Shown: positions 17,484 to 28,223, counted from the first letter of the stretch. The stretch is DNA of 52,274 nt from Candidatus Micrarchaeota archaeon (GCA_018304385.1 JAGVWJ010000012.1:1-52274), one strand, 5' to 3'. Program-made: numbers and translations. Notes: generated by a model not told the origin, from the letters alone.

Positions 17484-18386
17484 GTGAATATACTAATTAC
17501 TGGTGGTGCGGGTTTTATAGGTTCGAATATTGCCGTAAAACTAGTTACTGAAGGAAACAACGTTACAGTTGCTGATAATTTTCATAGTGGAAGCGTGTCA
17601 AATCTTCAAGCTATAAAAGATAAGATCAAAATCCTGAATTGTGAAAGCGGGGCCTGCGAAAAATTCACAGATAACTATGATGTTATATTTCATAAAGGAG
17701 TATACTCATCTACTCCAATGTATAAAGAAAACCCGCTCCGCGTTGGCATGGTTATAAATGATTTCATAAATATTCTTGAGTTTGCACGTAAGCAAGAGAC
17801 TCGAATTGTATGGGCCTCGACATCCTCTCTATATAACGATCTAAGGCCACCACATAAGGAAAACATGCGCATAAAGGTTACTGACTTTTATACCGAGGCA
17901 AGATTTGCAATGGAGAGGTTAGCAGAACTTTATAATAAGCTTTATGGCGTACGATCAATGGCATTGCGCTATTTCAGTGTTTATGGCCCAGGAGAAACAG
18001 CTAAAAAAACTTATGCAAACCTAATTTCACAGTTTTTTTGGGCGATAAGAGATAACGAATCTCCAGTTATTTATGGCAACGGCAAGCAAACCAGGGACTT
18101 TACATATATTGATGATGTTATTGATGCGAACATGCTGGCAATGAAAAGCAGCATAAAATTCGGAATTTACAATGTTGGTACTGGGGTTGAAACCTCTATT
18201 AATAATATGGTTCACCTGCTTAATAAAAAAATGCATAAGAACTTAAAGCCAAAATATGTCGAGAATAAAATAAGCAATTATGTATTCAGGATAAGGGCAG
18301 ACACTGCGAAGGCGGAAAAAGAACTTGGGTTTAAGGCAAAGGTAGATCTTGAACAAGGCATTGAAAGGTTGATTAGATTCTATTAA
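17484..18386 (+). CDS. NAD-dependent epimerase/dehydratase with an atypical YxxxR motif; HldD-like candidate
   Basis: [31 protein letters not shown] and QTRDF motifs; GTG start. Confidence 0.88.
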   Translation: MNILITGGAGFIGSNIAVKLVTEGNNVTVADNFHSGSVSNLQAIKDKIKILNCESGACEKFTDNYDVIFHKGVYSSTPMYKENPLRVGMVINDFINILEFARKQETRIVWASTSSLYNDLRPPHKENMRIKVTDFYTEARFAMERLAELYNKLYGVRSMALRYFSVYGPGETAKKTYANLISQFFWAIRDNESPVIYGNGKQTRDFTYIDDVIDANMLAMKSSIKFGIYNVGTGVETSINNMVHLLNKKMHKNLKPKYVENKISNYVFRIRADTAKAEKELGFKAKVDLEQGIERLIRFY

Positions 18387-18401
18387 TATAATGGTGGGCC
18401 A

Positions 18402-19124
18402 ATGACAAAGGAAATAACTGAGATTAAAAAGATAACTAACGGTGTAGAAGGATGGTTAACTGATGAAGAGGGAGAAACTCTCTACAACCTAGCCAAAAAC
18501 TGCACAGGCAGAGGTGTGATTGTTGAAATAGGTTCTTGGAAAGGGAAAAGCACAATATGGCTTGCCAAAGGGTCAAATGCTGGTAATAAAACCAAAATTT
18601 ATGCGATTGACCCGCACAATGGTTCCCCTGAACACCAAAAAGTATTTGAAAAAATTAATACACTAGAGTCATTTAAAAAAAATATCAAAAATGCAAAAGT
18701 TGAAGATATAGTCTATCCGATTGTTAAGACGTCAGAGGAGGCGGCTGCATCCTTTGACCATTCGGTTGAATTGATTTTTATAGATGGAAACCATGAATAT
18801 GATTCGGTAAAAAAAGACTTTGAAATATGGTTCCCAAAATTAATAAACAATGGAACGATTGTTTTTCACGACACTACCCAATACGAAGGACCAAAAAAAG
18901 TAGTTAAAGATAATTTATATATGTCCAGGAATTTCAGACATATTAAATTTACAGAAACTTCAATGGTCTATGCTAAAAAGGTTGAACAAAATTCAACAAT
19001 GGACCAGATTGAGAATAGATGTGCGTTATACTCAAAATACTTATACACAATAAAATTTTATACAAAATACTGGATGGACATAATTAAAAAGAAAATTGGT
19101 AAAGTACTTTTGCATAAGAAATAA
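18402..19124 (+). CDS. Class I SAM-dependent methyltransferase (Methyltransf_24-like)
   Basis: VEIGSWKGKST and FIDGNHEYDSV..D motifs. Confidence 0.9.
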   Translation: MTKEITEIKKITNGVEGWLTDEEGETLYNLAKNCTGRGVIVEIGSWKGKSTIWLAKGSNAGNKTKIYAIDPHNGSPEHQKVFEKINTLESFKKNIKNAKVEDIVYPIVKTSEEAAASFDHSVELIFIDGNHEYDSVKKDFEIWFPKLINNGTIVFHDTTQYEGPKKVVKDNLYMSRNFRHIKFTETSMVYAKKVEQNSTMDQIENRCALYSKYLYTIKFYTKYWMDIIKKKIGKVLLHKK

Positions 19125-19155
19125 AAGATGTAAAATGACTGGGTAAGGTTAATAT

Positions 19156-20088
19156 ATGAAAATCCTAATTACAGGTGGTGCAGGCTTCATAGGCAGCCAT
19201 ATGTGCGAGCGCTTAGCCAGTGAAGGCCATGAAGTGGTATGCATTGATAGTTTAATTACTGGAGACAAAAAAAACGTTGAGAATCTCAACATAGAATCCC
19301 TAAATCAAGATATAAGAAAGCCATTTGATATTAAAGCGGATTTGGTAATTAATCTCGCATGCCCGGCAAGCCCTATTGATTATCAAAAGTATCCTATTGA
19401 AACGCTTGAAACAAATTCTATAGGTATGAAAAATGTTCTGGGCAATGCAATAAAATACAAGATGCGTGTTTTGCATGCGTCAACTTCAGAGGTTTATGGT
19501 GATCCGCTTAAGCACCCTCAAAGTGAAGACTACTGGGGTAATGTTAATCCAAATGGCCCACGCTCTTGCTATGATGAAGGAAAGAGATTTGCGGAATCTT
19601 TTTGCATGAATTACAATAAAAAATATAAGATAGACATCATTATGGCTAGGATATTCAACACGTATGGCCCTAGAATGCGCAGTAATGATGGCAGAGTTAT
19701 CCCAAATTTTATTAACCAGGCACTGCGCAACGAACCAATAACGATTTATGGAAATGGAAAACAAACGCGCAGTTTTTGTTATATAAGTGATATGGTTGAT
19801 GGATTAATAAGGCTCGCTTTCTCAGATATTAAATTTGATATTTTCAATATTGGAAATCCAAATGAAACAAAACTCACAGAGCTTGCTGAAATTGTAAAAA
19901 AATTGTGCGCGAGCGATTCGAAAATAACATTTAAGCCATTGCCACAGGATGATCCGGTAAAAAGAAAACCAGATATTACAAAGATCACAAAAACGACTAA
20001 TTGGATGCCAAAGGTATCCCTGGAAGAAGGATTATTAAAAACTATTAATTATTTTAAAGACGTTGGTGATAAGAAATATGGAAGATAA
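19156..20088 (+). CDS. UDP-glucuronate decarboxylase (UDP-xylose synthase)
   Basis: [16 protein letters not shown] and [19 protein letters not shown] signature. Confidence 0.95.
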   Translation: MKILITGGAGFIGSHMCERLASEGHEVVCIDSLITGDKKNVENLNIESLNQDIRKPFDIKADLVINLACPASPIDYQKYPIETLETNSIGMKNVLGNAIKYKMRVLHASTSEVYGDPLKHPQSEDYWGNVNPNGPRSCYDEGKRFAESFCMNYNKKYKIDIIMARIFNTYGPRMRSNDGRVIPNFINQALRNEPITIYGNGKQTRSFCYISDMVDGLIRLAFSDIKFDIFNIGNPNETKLTELAEIVKKLCASDSKITFKPLPQDDPVKRKPDITKITKTTNWMPKVSLEEGLLKTINYFKDVGDKKYGR

Positions 20089-20893
20089 AACCAATGTAGT
20101 AATACTGGCTGGTGGAAAAGGACTGAGGATGAGGGAATACTCGGACATAATACCGAAGGCTCTTGTCCCAATAGGCCCCTATCCAGTAATTCTGCACGTA
20201 ATGCATATTTATGCTTCTTATGGATATACTAATTTTATCTTAGCATTAGGATATAAGGGGGAAATGGTAAAGGAATTTTTCGTAGATATGGAATGGAAAC
20301 TCAATGATTTTTCAATCCGTACAGACAATAATAATAACAAAGAAATTATAAAACACCTGCCAGATAACTGGCATAACTTTAACATTACATTTGCAGATAC
20401 AGGCTTAGAAACACAAACAGGTGGGAGAGTAAAGCTTATTGAAAAATATGTAGAAAGTGAAAATTTTTTTGTTTCATACTGCGATGGGTTAACTGATTTG
20501 GACATATCCAAACTATATGAATACCATCAAAAAAAGAAAAAAATAGCAACAATGACGGCAGTACATCCTATGACAACCTTTGGACTTGTAGAAATAGACC
20601 AAAATAACATGGTCAAATCATTTCGTGAGAAGCCTTTCCTGAAAGATTACATAAACGGTGGTTTCTTTATCTTTAAAAAGGAATTTTTCGATTATCTTAA
20701 TGCTAATGACATACTGGAAGAAGAACCAATGAGAAAACTTACCAAGGCTGGTGAATTGGCTGCGTATACCCATGATGGCTTCTGGACCTGCATGGATACT
20801 TTCAAGGATGTTGACAGGTTGAATAGTCTCTGGAATACTGGAAAAATGATACACACTGGCTATAAGGGCGTGGTACCATGGATAAAAAAATAG
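20078..20893 (+). CDS. rfbF: Glucose-1-phosphate cytidylyltransferase
   Basis: VILAGGKG.R, ADTGLETQTGGR, INGGFF and GFWTCMDTFKD motifs. Confidence 0.92.
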   Translation: MEDKTNVVILAGGKGLRMREYSDIIPKALVPIGPYPVILHVMHIYASYGYTNFILALGYKGEMVKEFFVDMEWKLNDFSIRTDNNNNKEIIKHLPDNWHNFNITFADTGLETQTGGRVKLIEKYVESENFFVSYCDGLTDLDISKLYEYHQKKKKIATMTAVHPMTTFGLVEIDQNNMVKSFREKPFLKDYINGGFFIFKKEFFDYLNANDILEEEPMRKLTKAGELAAYTHDGFWTCMDTFKDVDRLNSLWNTGKMIHTGYKGVVPWIKK

Positions 20894-20903
20894 GGTTGTT
20901 TTC

Positions 20904-21932
20904 ATGTTATGGAAAGGGAAAAAAGTTCTAATAACAGGCGGGACTGGCTTTATAGGCTCTTGGCTTGTTGAAGCGCTTACGGATAGGGAAGCAGATATAA
21001 CTTTGCTGGTTAAGAGAGATGATCCGATCGGACTAGATAGCATTAAACATATAAGAAAAAAAATAAAGGTAGTTTATGGAGATGTTAGGGATTCATCTGT
21101 AATCAACAAAGCAATGAAAGATATGGATATGATTTACCATCTTGCTGCAATAACACAGGTAATGTATGCAATAAAAAATCCAAGAGAAACAAGTGAAGTA
21201 GACATTAATGGAACCATGAATATATTAGAGGCCTTAAGGATTGAAAACAATGAGGCATTCCTTATTTTTGCAAGTACAGACAAGGTGTATGGTGAACCTA
21301 ACTATGTCCCTATAGATGAGAATCATGTCCTAGATGCAAAGTCTCCTTATGATGCTTCCAAATTAGCAGCAGATCGTCTGGTTCAGTCTTATCATACAAC
21401 CTATGGTTTAAAAACTGCAATATCAAGGTGCTCGAACGTAATTGGCGGGAGAGATTCTAATATATTGAGGGCCCTCCCTAGTTTTGTTTATTTCTTAATC
21501 AACAATAAAAAACCTATAATAAGAACTAGTGGAGGATATATAAGGGACTACATGTATGTTGAAGACGCAGTAAACGCCTTAATAAAACTAGGGGATAAGC
21601 AGGAACTAACAAATGGCCATGTATTTAATTTTGGCACTGGAAATGCCACATCAGTAATCCAACTAGCAGAATTAGCAATTAAAAATTTCGGTTTGCATTA
21701 CAATTATGAACCAGTAGTACTTAATAAAAAGGCTACTGGTGAAATAGAGAAACAATATTTATCATGGGACAAAGCTGATAAAATATTAAACTGGAAGCCT
21801 TCTGTACATTTAGAAGAAGCAGTAAAAAGATCTGTAGACTGGTACAAGAACAATAAATGGTGGCTTCAGGTTATTGAAAAAACTTCTTACTATTATGGTT
21901 TAAATATAAATACCATTTATGGTATTAATTGA
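20904..21932 (+). CDS. CDP-glucose 4,6-dehydratase-like SDR (RfbG-like)
   Basis: TGGTGFIGSWL, ASTDKVYG and PYDASK motifs; follows rfbF. Confidence 0.85.
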   Translation: MLWKGKKVLITGGTGFIGSWLVEALTDREADITLLVKRDDPIGLDSIKHIRKKIKVVYGDVRDSSVINKAMKDMDMIYHLAAITQVMYAIKNPRETSEVDINGTMNILEALRIENNEAFLIFASTDKVYGEPNYVPIDENHVLDAKSPYDASKLAADRLVQSYHTTYGLKTAISRCSNVIGGRDSNILRALPSFVYFLINNKKPIIRTSGGYIRDYMYVEDAVNALIKLGDKQELTNGHVFNFGTGNATSVIQLAELAIKNFGLHYNYEPVVLNKKATGEIEKQYLSWDKADKILNWKPSVHLEEAVKRSVDWYKNNKWWLQVIEKTSYYYGLNINTIYGIN

Positions 21933-21953
21933 GTTGAAAAAGCAGGTGATACA

Positions 21954-22403
21954 TTGATTGAAGGCATAGAGATACACCAACTAAAGCAGATTCCTGACGA
22001 ACGCGGCAAGGTAATGCATATGCTAAGGAAAGATGACAAGCACTTTGAGAAATTTGGCGAGATATATTTTTCCATGGTTTATCCAAATGTAATAAAGGGA
22101 TGGCACCTACATGAAAGGATGACGTTGAACTATACAGTAGTAAGCGGGATGATAAAACTAGTTGTATACGATGATAGACCAAAAAGCAGGACAAAAGGGG
22201 AAATAGATGAACTGTTTATAGGAAAGGATAATTACTGTCTTGTGAAGATTCCGCCAAATATATGGAATGGGTTTAAAGGGATAGGAGTTAAGCCTGCGAT
22301 TGTAGCCAATTGCGCCACAGAACCCCATGATCCAGAAGAGATAAAAAGAAAGGATCCGTTTAGCAAGGACATTCCTTACAATTGGGAGATAAAACACAAA
22401 TAA
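21954..22403 (+). CDS. NDP-4-keto-6-deoxysugar 3,5-epimerase (RmlC-like cupin)
   Basis: DERG, IKGWHLH and IPPNIWNGF motifs; TTG start after AGGTGA. Confidence 0.88.
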   Translation: MIEGIEIHQLKQIPDERGKVMHMLRKDDKHFEKFGEIYFSMVYPNVIKGWHLHERMTLNYTVVSGMIKLVVYDDRPKSRTKGEIDELFIGKDNYCLVKIPPNIWNGFKGIGVKPAIVANCATEPHDPEEIKRKDPFSKDIPYNWEIKHK

Positions 22404-22416
22404 ATGTGGTCGTTTT

Positions 22417-23637
22417 ATGTTTAAAGACAATTGGCTACAGGAAGGACCAACGCTTAAGGAGCTAGCGAATCTTGTTAAGGATGAACGAAAGGCAGAAAAC
22501 GATGTTGCCATAATTATGCCAAGTTTTAGGGGAAAGGAAAAGCTTGGCAGGCACATGCAATATCTAAAAGAGCAGACATTCCAAGATTTCGATTTAATAA
22601 TTGTTTATGGTCCGGATGACGAATTGATAGAAAACACGGAAGAATTCAGTTTGGCCCATATACGAAGGAACAATGACTATGGAAGTGCCGGCGGGTTTTA
22701 TACTGGAGAGCGTTTTGTTCTGGAAGAGGATTACAAATACCTGATACTTGCAGATGACGACTGCTTTCCGATTGATAAGAAACTGGTAGGAAATATTGTA
22801 AAAGTACTGAAGGAAAACCAAGTTGTTGTTTTTCCCACTGCAGATGTTGGCGACTCAAACTTTATAACGCATCTAATGGGTTTTTACGCAGGTGTAAGAA
22901 CAGATTCTTTATACAAAGCCGGACTGAGCTGGATGCCTTTTTATTACTATTGTGAAGACCTGGAATGGCACAACAGGTTGAACATATACGCCAAAAATGT
23001 CATAATACCTAGCAAGGTAGTCCATGAAACCAGGCAGATCTACTTTTTTAGCGAGAGGGCGTATTATGTTGTCCGCAACAGCCTGATGCTGGAATTCATG
23101 ATGGGCAAAAAGCGCGTTTTTTTTACATATCTGTACGTTTTCATGACTTCCGGATTTTCTTTTTACCTGCTAGACCAACCAAGGTCACGGTACCTTTTAC
23201 AGGGAATCGCTGATTTTGTTTCAGGGCGGATGTTCCGCGGCAATTACAAGGCGGTTAGATACGAACAGGACAACTGCAACCTTCCAACAGAAGCTATTGG
23301 AATCAATTACGAACACAAGAACGAGATAATGAGGAAATGGAAAACCACACTTGGCGCTTTTAACAAAAAAATTTTTACAAATAAGGCTAATTTCACTGGC
23401 TGGTGGGTTATCTTTCTATATCTTCTATCATCGGAATTATTTGTAGTAGATAAAAAAGAACATGTCATATACCAGGGTCGCACTGGATTTTTAAATAAGA
23501 TTGCTTTTGTATTACTCTTACCATTAATAGTTACAGGTTCTCTGACGCTTACGATTATTATATTCTTATATTCCCATTTGTTCGTGCCATATCGCAGCAA
23601 GAAAAATATTAAATATGGTGTCCCAAAACAAAGGTGA
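22417..23637 (+). CDS. GT2 family glycosyltransferase with hydrophobic C-terminus
   Basis: N.GSAGGF, ADDDC, EDLEW and YYVVRN motifs. Confidence 0.85.
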   Translation: MFKDNWLQEGPTLKELANLVKDERKAENDVAIIMPSFRGKEKLGRHMQYLKEQTFQDFDLIIVYGPDDELIENTEEFSLAHIRRNNDYGSAGGFYTGERFVLEEDYKYLILADDDCFPIDKKLVGNIVKVLKENQVVVFPTADVGDSNFITHLMGFYAGVRTDSLYKAGLSWMPFYYYCEDLEWHNRLNIYAKNVIIPSKVVHETRQIYFFSERAYYVVRNSLMLEFMMGKKRVFFTYLYVFMTSGFSFYLLDQPRSRYLLQGIADFVSGRMFRGNYKAVRYEQDNCNLPTEAIGINYEHKNEIMRKWKTTLGAFNKKIFTNKANFTGWWVIFLYLLSSELFVVDKKEHVIYQGRTGFLNKIAFVLLLPLIVTGSLTLTIIIFLYSHLFVPYRSKKNIKYGVPKQR

Positions 23638-24523
23638 AAATTTGCACTGTCTTATTATTGGTGGGAGCGGTCTGGTCGGATACACGCTCGTGGAAAAACT
23701 CAAAGAAAACTATAAAATAGCATTAACATACTGCAACCACCAAGTAGACATAGACAATACGAACGGTTATAAAATCAATTTAGAAAACCATGCACATATC
23801 ACATCACTCTTGGACAAAATAAAACCATCAATAGTCTGCCATGTAGCTGCGCCGCCTAGCGTAGATACACATGAAACTGAAAAAGAGAAATCTTATTCAA
23901 TAAATGTGGAAACAACCAGAGCCATAGCAGAGAAAACGAAAAAAATGAATTCAAAGTTAGTTTATCTTTCCACGTCTAATGTATTCCCACCTGTAAAACG
24001 CATCTTCCAAGAGGACGATATACCTGCGCCAATCAATTTTTACGGTGCATGCAAACTTGGCGGCGAATTGGCTGTGGCAAAAAATCCGAACCATCTGATA
24101 ATCAGAACTGATCAGATTTATGGATGGAATAAAACCAGGCAACAGAAAAAATCCTTTGTTGTGAGCACACTAGATAAACTAGAAAGCGATCAGATTATAG
24201 AGGTTTGTGAAGACTGGTATAATAGACCTACCTATGTAGAAGATTTAGTTTCATCCATTAAGCGTTTAATTGAGTTGGACAAGGTTGGAACATATCATGC
24301 AACAGGAAGTACATACCTGAATCGTTTGGAATGGGCAAAAAAAATTGCAATGAAATTTGAAATGGATGATTCTCTAGTCAAAGGCATAAATTCTGGCATT
24401 CTGCATTTGCCAGCAATAAGGGCTAATGTCAATCTGGGCAATACAAAAATTCAAAAAGAAACCAAAATAAAGATGCGGACAATTGAGGAAGGATTAAATG
24501 CAATGAAGAATGAAAAACACTAA
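23615..24523 (+). CDS. NDP-4-keto-deoxysugar reductase (RmlD-like)
   Basis: GGSGLVG, LSTSNVF, YGACKLGGE and RPTYVEDL motifs. Confidence 0.88.
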   Translation: MVSQNKGENLHCLIIGGSGLVGYTLVEKLKENYKIALTYCNHQVDIDNTNGYKINLENHAHITSLLDKIKPSIVCHVAAPPSVDTHETEKEKSYSINVETTRAIAEKTKKMNSKLVYLSTSNVFPPVKRIFQEDDIPAPINFYGACKLGGELAVAKNPNHLIIRTDQIYGWNKTRQQKKSFVVSTLDKLESDQIIEVCEDWYNRPTYVEDLVSSIKRLIELDKVGTYHATGSTYLNRLEWAKKIAMKFEMDDSLVKGINSGILHLPAIRANVNLGNTKIQKETKIKMRTIEEGLNAMKNEKH

Positions 24524-25758
24524 ACTATCTTAACATGCGGAATTGGAATTATAAACTTACCGCCTTTTTTCTTAAACCAAGCCTGCTGTTTCATAATCTC
24601 ATCTGCAAAATTCCAGGCTAAAATAAGCATATAGTCGCTACCGGATTCCGTTATCTTATCAGTTGAAACTATTGGGATGTGTTTTCCTGGTGTGTAATAG
24701 CCATGCTTGTATGGACTTTTATCTGCTATAAAATCTAAAATTTCAGGACCTATCCCAACATAATTGAGAAGTACATTGCCTTTGGCTGCTGCCCCATATC
24801 CAATAATTCGTTTACCTTTTGATTTCAGATCAGTGAGCAGAAGGACCAGTTCATTTTTAAAAGACAAAACGCGCTTGGAGAATTTTTCGTATGTCTCCCA
24901 CTTGTCTAGCCCAAGATCAGTTTCAAGTATTTTTAGTTTTTTTACATCAGGGCTGATGGGATGTGAATGGTATGATTTTCGCTTAACATAAAAACGCAAA
25001 GATCCACCATGGATTGAAGTCCTTTTAACATCATAAATCTCCATCTTAAAACGATTAAAAAAATAGTCTAATGGGGTAACTGATATATAAGAGCAGTGCT
25101 CATGATAGATCGTATCAAATTCCAAATTCTCCAGAAGATCAACCAGATACGGGGATTCGAATACCGCTACTCCATCCTCAGCAAGAAGAATGTCCAGTCC
25201 TCTCGCCATATCATCCAAATCTGGCACATGCGCAAAAACATTGGTTCCGATAATAACGTTTGCCTTGCCGTACTTTGAAGAAACGTTTTTCGCAGTTCGC
25301 TCACAGAAAAAATCCACCCATGTATCTACGCCCTGCTGTTTAGCGGCTGCTGCCACGTTTTCTGCTGGTTCAATTCCTAATGCTGATATATCATATTTTT
25401 TAAAATTTTTTAATAAAATGCCGTCATTACTGGCGATCTCAATAACAAAGCCTTTTTTATTTAACACATTCTCAGCAATATCTTTTGCGAACTCACCGTA
25501 ATGGCGTTGTGCTGACTCTGAATTAGATGAAAAATACATATAATTCCTGAATAATGCCTCTGGGTCTACCACATAACCCAACTGGACAAAATGGCATTTG
25601 CTACAAAAACAAGCCTCTAACGGGTAAAACGTTTCAGGTTCATTAATATGTTCTTTTTTTAAAAAACTATTAGCCAGAGGTTGGGGCCCTAGATTAAGAA
25701 ACGACCGTAGATCTTTATTATTACAAATACGACAAGAGACCATGCTAAAAATTGACAT
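24520..25758 (-). CDS. NDP-hexose C-methyltransferase (TylCIII/NovU/TcaB9-like; Zn-binding N-terminus)
   Basis: CRICNN..LG.QPLAN.F, C..C..VQL, EIASNDG, YHEHCSY and YGAAAKGN motifs. The real start is 25758 or 25743; the first 52 aa in the ORF track are antisense to the next gene. Confidence 0.92.
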   Translation of the reverse strand: MSIFSMVSCRICNNKDLRSFLNLGPQPLANSFLKKEHINEPETFYPLEACFCSKCHFVQLGYVVDPEALFRNYMYFSSNSESAQRHYGEFAKDIAENVLNKKGFVIEIASNDGILLKNFKKYDISALGIEPAENVAAAAKQQGVDTWVDFFCERTAKNVSSKYGKANVIIGTNVFAHVPDLDDMARGLDILLAEDGVAVFESPYLVDLLENLEFDTIYHEHCSYISVTPLDYFFNRFKMEIYDVKRTSIHGGSLRFYVKRKSYHSHPISPDVKKLKILETDLGLDKWETYEKFSKRVLSFKNELVLLLTDLKSKGKRIIGYGAAAKGNVLLNYVGIGPEILDFIADKSPYKHGYYTPGKHIPIVSTDKITESGSDYMLILAWNFADEIMKQQAWFKKKGGKFIIPIPHVKIV

Positions 25759-26482
25759 AGAAAACCTTTTAATAGTAAAGAAAGGAACACGACTGCAACC
25801 GCTTACATATGGGATACCAAAGCCCTTATTACCTGTAGGCGGCAGACCAGTTATAGAATATGTAATTGACAACCTAAAAAAATGCAACAGCATAAAAAAG
25901 ATATATATTGGCATATCGCATATGCGCGATGCACTAGAACATTATTTTAACCATGTTGATTACGGGATCGAAATAGAGTTAGTAAGGACGCTTGGATGGG
26001 AAACTGCCGGCGACCTGAAAACCATAGTTATTGAAAAGGAAATTAGTGAACCTGCATTCATTGCTTATGGAGACAACATAACAAAGCTAGATTCTGAAAA
26101 CATGTGCAACTTTCATAAGAAGAATAATAAGATGGGGACAGTAGCACTTTTTGAAGTGCCACTGGAGGATGTTTCCAGATTCGGAGTTGCGGATCTAGAT
26201 GGCAATATTGTAAAAAATTTTGTTGAAAAACCAACCCAGGCACAGGCAAAATCAAACAAAGCAAATGCAGGATATTATATTATTGAGCCAGAGGCATTAG
26301 AAGATTTAGAACTTAAAAAAATAAAAGTAGAGGAATCGCTATTTCCAAAACTGGTAAAAAAACAAGAACTAGCCGGATACGTATGTAAACTTCCATACTG
26401 GCTTGACATAGGAACCATTGAGTCTTATAGAAAAGCCAATAAAATGATGGAGGGAATAATACCACCGAGTGGTAGCAAATGA
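25742..26482 (+). pseudogene. Sugar-1-phosphate nucleotidyltransferase (GDP-mannose/HddC-like), lacking the N-terminal ILAGG motif
   Basis: KGTRLQPLT..PKPLLPVGG, ETAGDL, FVEKP, NAGYY and WLDIGT are present, but the residues before K14 (25781) are unrelated to the family and overlap the antisense gene. Confidence 0.65.
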
Positions 26483-27426
26483 ACTCAATCCTGATAACTG
26501 GCGGTGCGGGATTTATAGGCAGCCATATCTGTGACAGGCTTCTTAAAGAAGGAAACGCAGTCAATGTTATAGATAATTTTGACAGATTTTACGACCTGCA
26601 AATCAAAAAATCAAATGTCGCCAATAATCTCAAAAATCCAAAGTTCAAATTAACTGAAGGAGACATAATGAATATTAAAGATATCGAAAGTGTTACCAAA
26701 GATGTTGATGCAATTATTCATGAAGCTGCACAGCCAGGTGTGCGCATATCAGTTGAGCTGCCGGTAAAAACAACAGACGTTAATATCATTGGAACATTAA
26801 ATGTATTGGAAACGGCAAGAAAAAAGGATATAAGCAAGATTGTTTTTGCCTCTTCAAGCTCTGTTTATGGAAAAATACAATATCTACCATTTGATGAGGA
26901 GCATCCGACACAACCTATTTCTCCTTATGGAGCGAGCAAACTTGCATGCGAGCATTATTGCAAGGTTTTTTCACAAGTTTATGGTTTAAAAATAGTAACA
27001 CTTCGTTATTTCACTGTTTATGGGCCCAGAATGCGACCTGACCTTGCGATTAATAAATTCATGCACAAAGCAATTAAAGGAGAGGATTTAGAAATTTACG
27101 GTGATGGTAAAAAAACAAGAGACATAACCTATATAGAAGACGCCACGGAGGCAAATATACTTGCACTAAAGTATAACGGTACTGACACTTTTAACATTGG
27201 CGGCGGGAACAAGATCTCTATAGAAGAGCTATCTGAAAAAATATTGAAAATTACCAAAAGTAAATCAAAAATCATAACCAAGGAAAATGTGAAGGGGGAT
27301 GTTGAACATACAGGGGCAGATAACAAAAAAGCAGGTGCAAGACTAGGTTGGAACCCAAAAGTAAAAATAGATGATGGGTTGAAAAGATATTATGAATGGA
27401 TCGTTCGATCTATAAATTGCAAGTGA
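26479..27426 (+). CDS. NAD-dependent epimerase/dehydratase (UDP-glucuronate/UDP-glucose 4-epimerase-like)
   Basis: [25 protein letters not shown] and YGPRMRPDLA motifs. Confidence 0.9.
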   Translation: MNSILITGGAGFIGSHICDRLLKEGNAVNVIDNFDRFYDLQIKKSNVANNLKNPKFKLTEGDIMNIKDIESVTKDVDAIIHEAAQPGVRISVELPVKTTDVNIIGTLNVLETARKKDISKIVFASSSSVYGKIQYLPFDEEHPTQPISPYGASKLACEHYCKVFSQVYGLKIVTLRYFTVYGPRMRPDLAINKFMHKAIKGEDLEIYGDGKKTRDITYIEDATEANILALKYNGTDTFNIGGGNKISIEELSEKILKITKSKSKIITKENVKGDVEHTGADNKKAGARLGWNPKVKIDDGLKRYYEWIVRSINCK

Positions 27427-27431
27427 ATTTG

Positions 27432-28178
27432 ATGGTAAAAAGAATGGAGAAACTCTTAAGGCTACCGGAGATCGTAAAGAACTATCCTGATTGTTTTTTT
27501 GCGTACTTAAAAGCACTAGCCTTTGGAAAAAACTTTTTAACCCTGTATAAGTTAACGGATGGTACAAGACTGTGGGTTAATGCACGCGGACCGGACAGAG
27601 GGCTGCTTGTTCAAATATGGCTGTATAAGGTTTACACAAGATTTTTTGATATAGAAAAAAACGACGTCGTTGTTGACATAGGATCGCACATAGGGGTTTT
27701 TACTATATATGCTGCAAGAAAAGCAAGGGAGGTTATCGCATTTGAGCCTATAAAAAATAATTTTGAAATTTTAAATGCAAATATAAAGGTGAATGGTTTA
27801 AAAAATGTGATAACTCGCAGGATGGCAGTATGGAACGTGAGGAAGAAGCTTGATATTTTTCTCCATCATAACAGCTCTGCAAATTCAATTTTCAATAAAA
27901 CAGAAAAAACCGAAAGGGTCCAATGCATTACCATGGCTGACATATTGGAGAAATTGAACTGTGTAGACTTTATGAAAATAGATTCTGAAGGTTGCGAGCT
28001 TGACACAGTAATATCAACACCAAGGAACGTGATAAGAAAAATAAAAAAGTTTGCAATAGAATGCGGGGATCGGGCAATAAGAAAAAGGATAGCTAGCTAT
28101 CTTCAGAAATGCGGCTATAAAACTATGCATAATGACCAGCCTGGATACTGGCATATTTTATTTGCAGTAAGGAGATAA
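27432..28178 (+). CDS. FkbM family methyltransferase
   Basis: VVDIGSHIG, AFEP and MKIDSEGCE motifs. Confidence 0.88.
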   Translation: MVKRMEKLLRLPEIVKNYPDCFFAYLKALAFGKNFLTLYKLTDGTRLWVNARGPDRGLLVQIWLYKVYTRFFDIEKNDVVVDIGSHIGVFTIYAARKAREVIAFEPIKNNFEILNANIKVNGLKNVITRRMAVWNVRKKLDIFLHHNSSANSIFNKTEKTERVQCITMADILEKLNCVDFMKIDSEGCELDTVISTPRNVIRKIKKFAIECGDRAIRKRIASYLQKCGYKTMHNDQPGYWHILFAVRR

Positions 28179-28223
28179 ATGATAGTTATAAGATTTTGAA
28201 CGAATCCAAAATTTGGTGGAAAA

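Noticed and set aside
24520-25780. Recombinase-driven invertible segment (shufflon)
   Set aside because: No flanking inverted repeats were found by eye, and no recombinase is in the window.
25759-25914. 52-aa N-terminal extension of the C-methyltransferase in the ORF track
   Set aside because: It is antisense to the conserved KGTRLQPLT..PKPLL coding region; the family starts at the CRIC motif.
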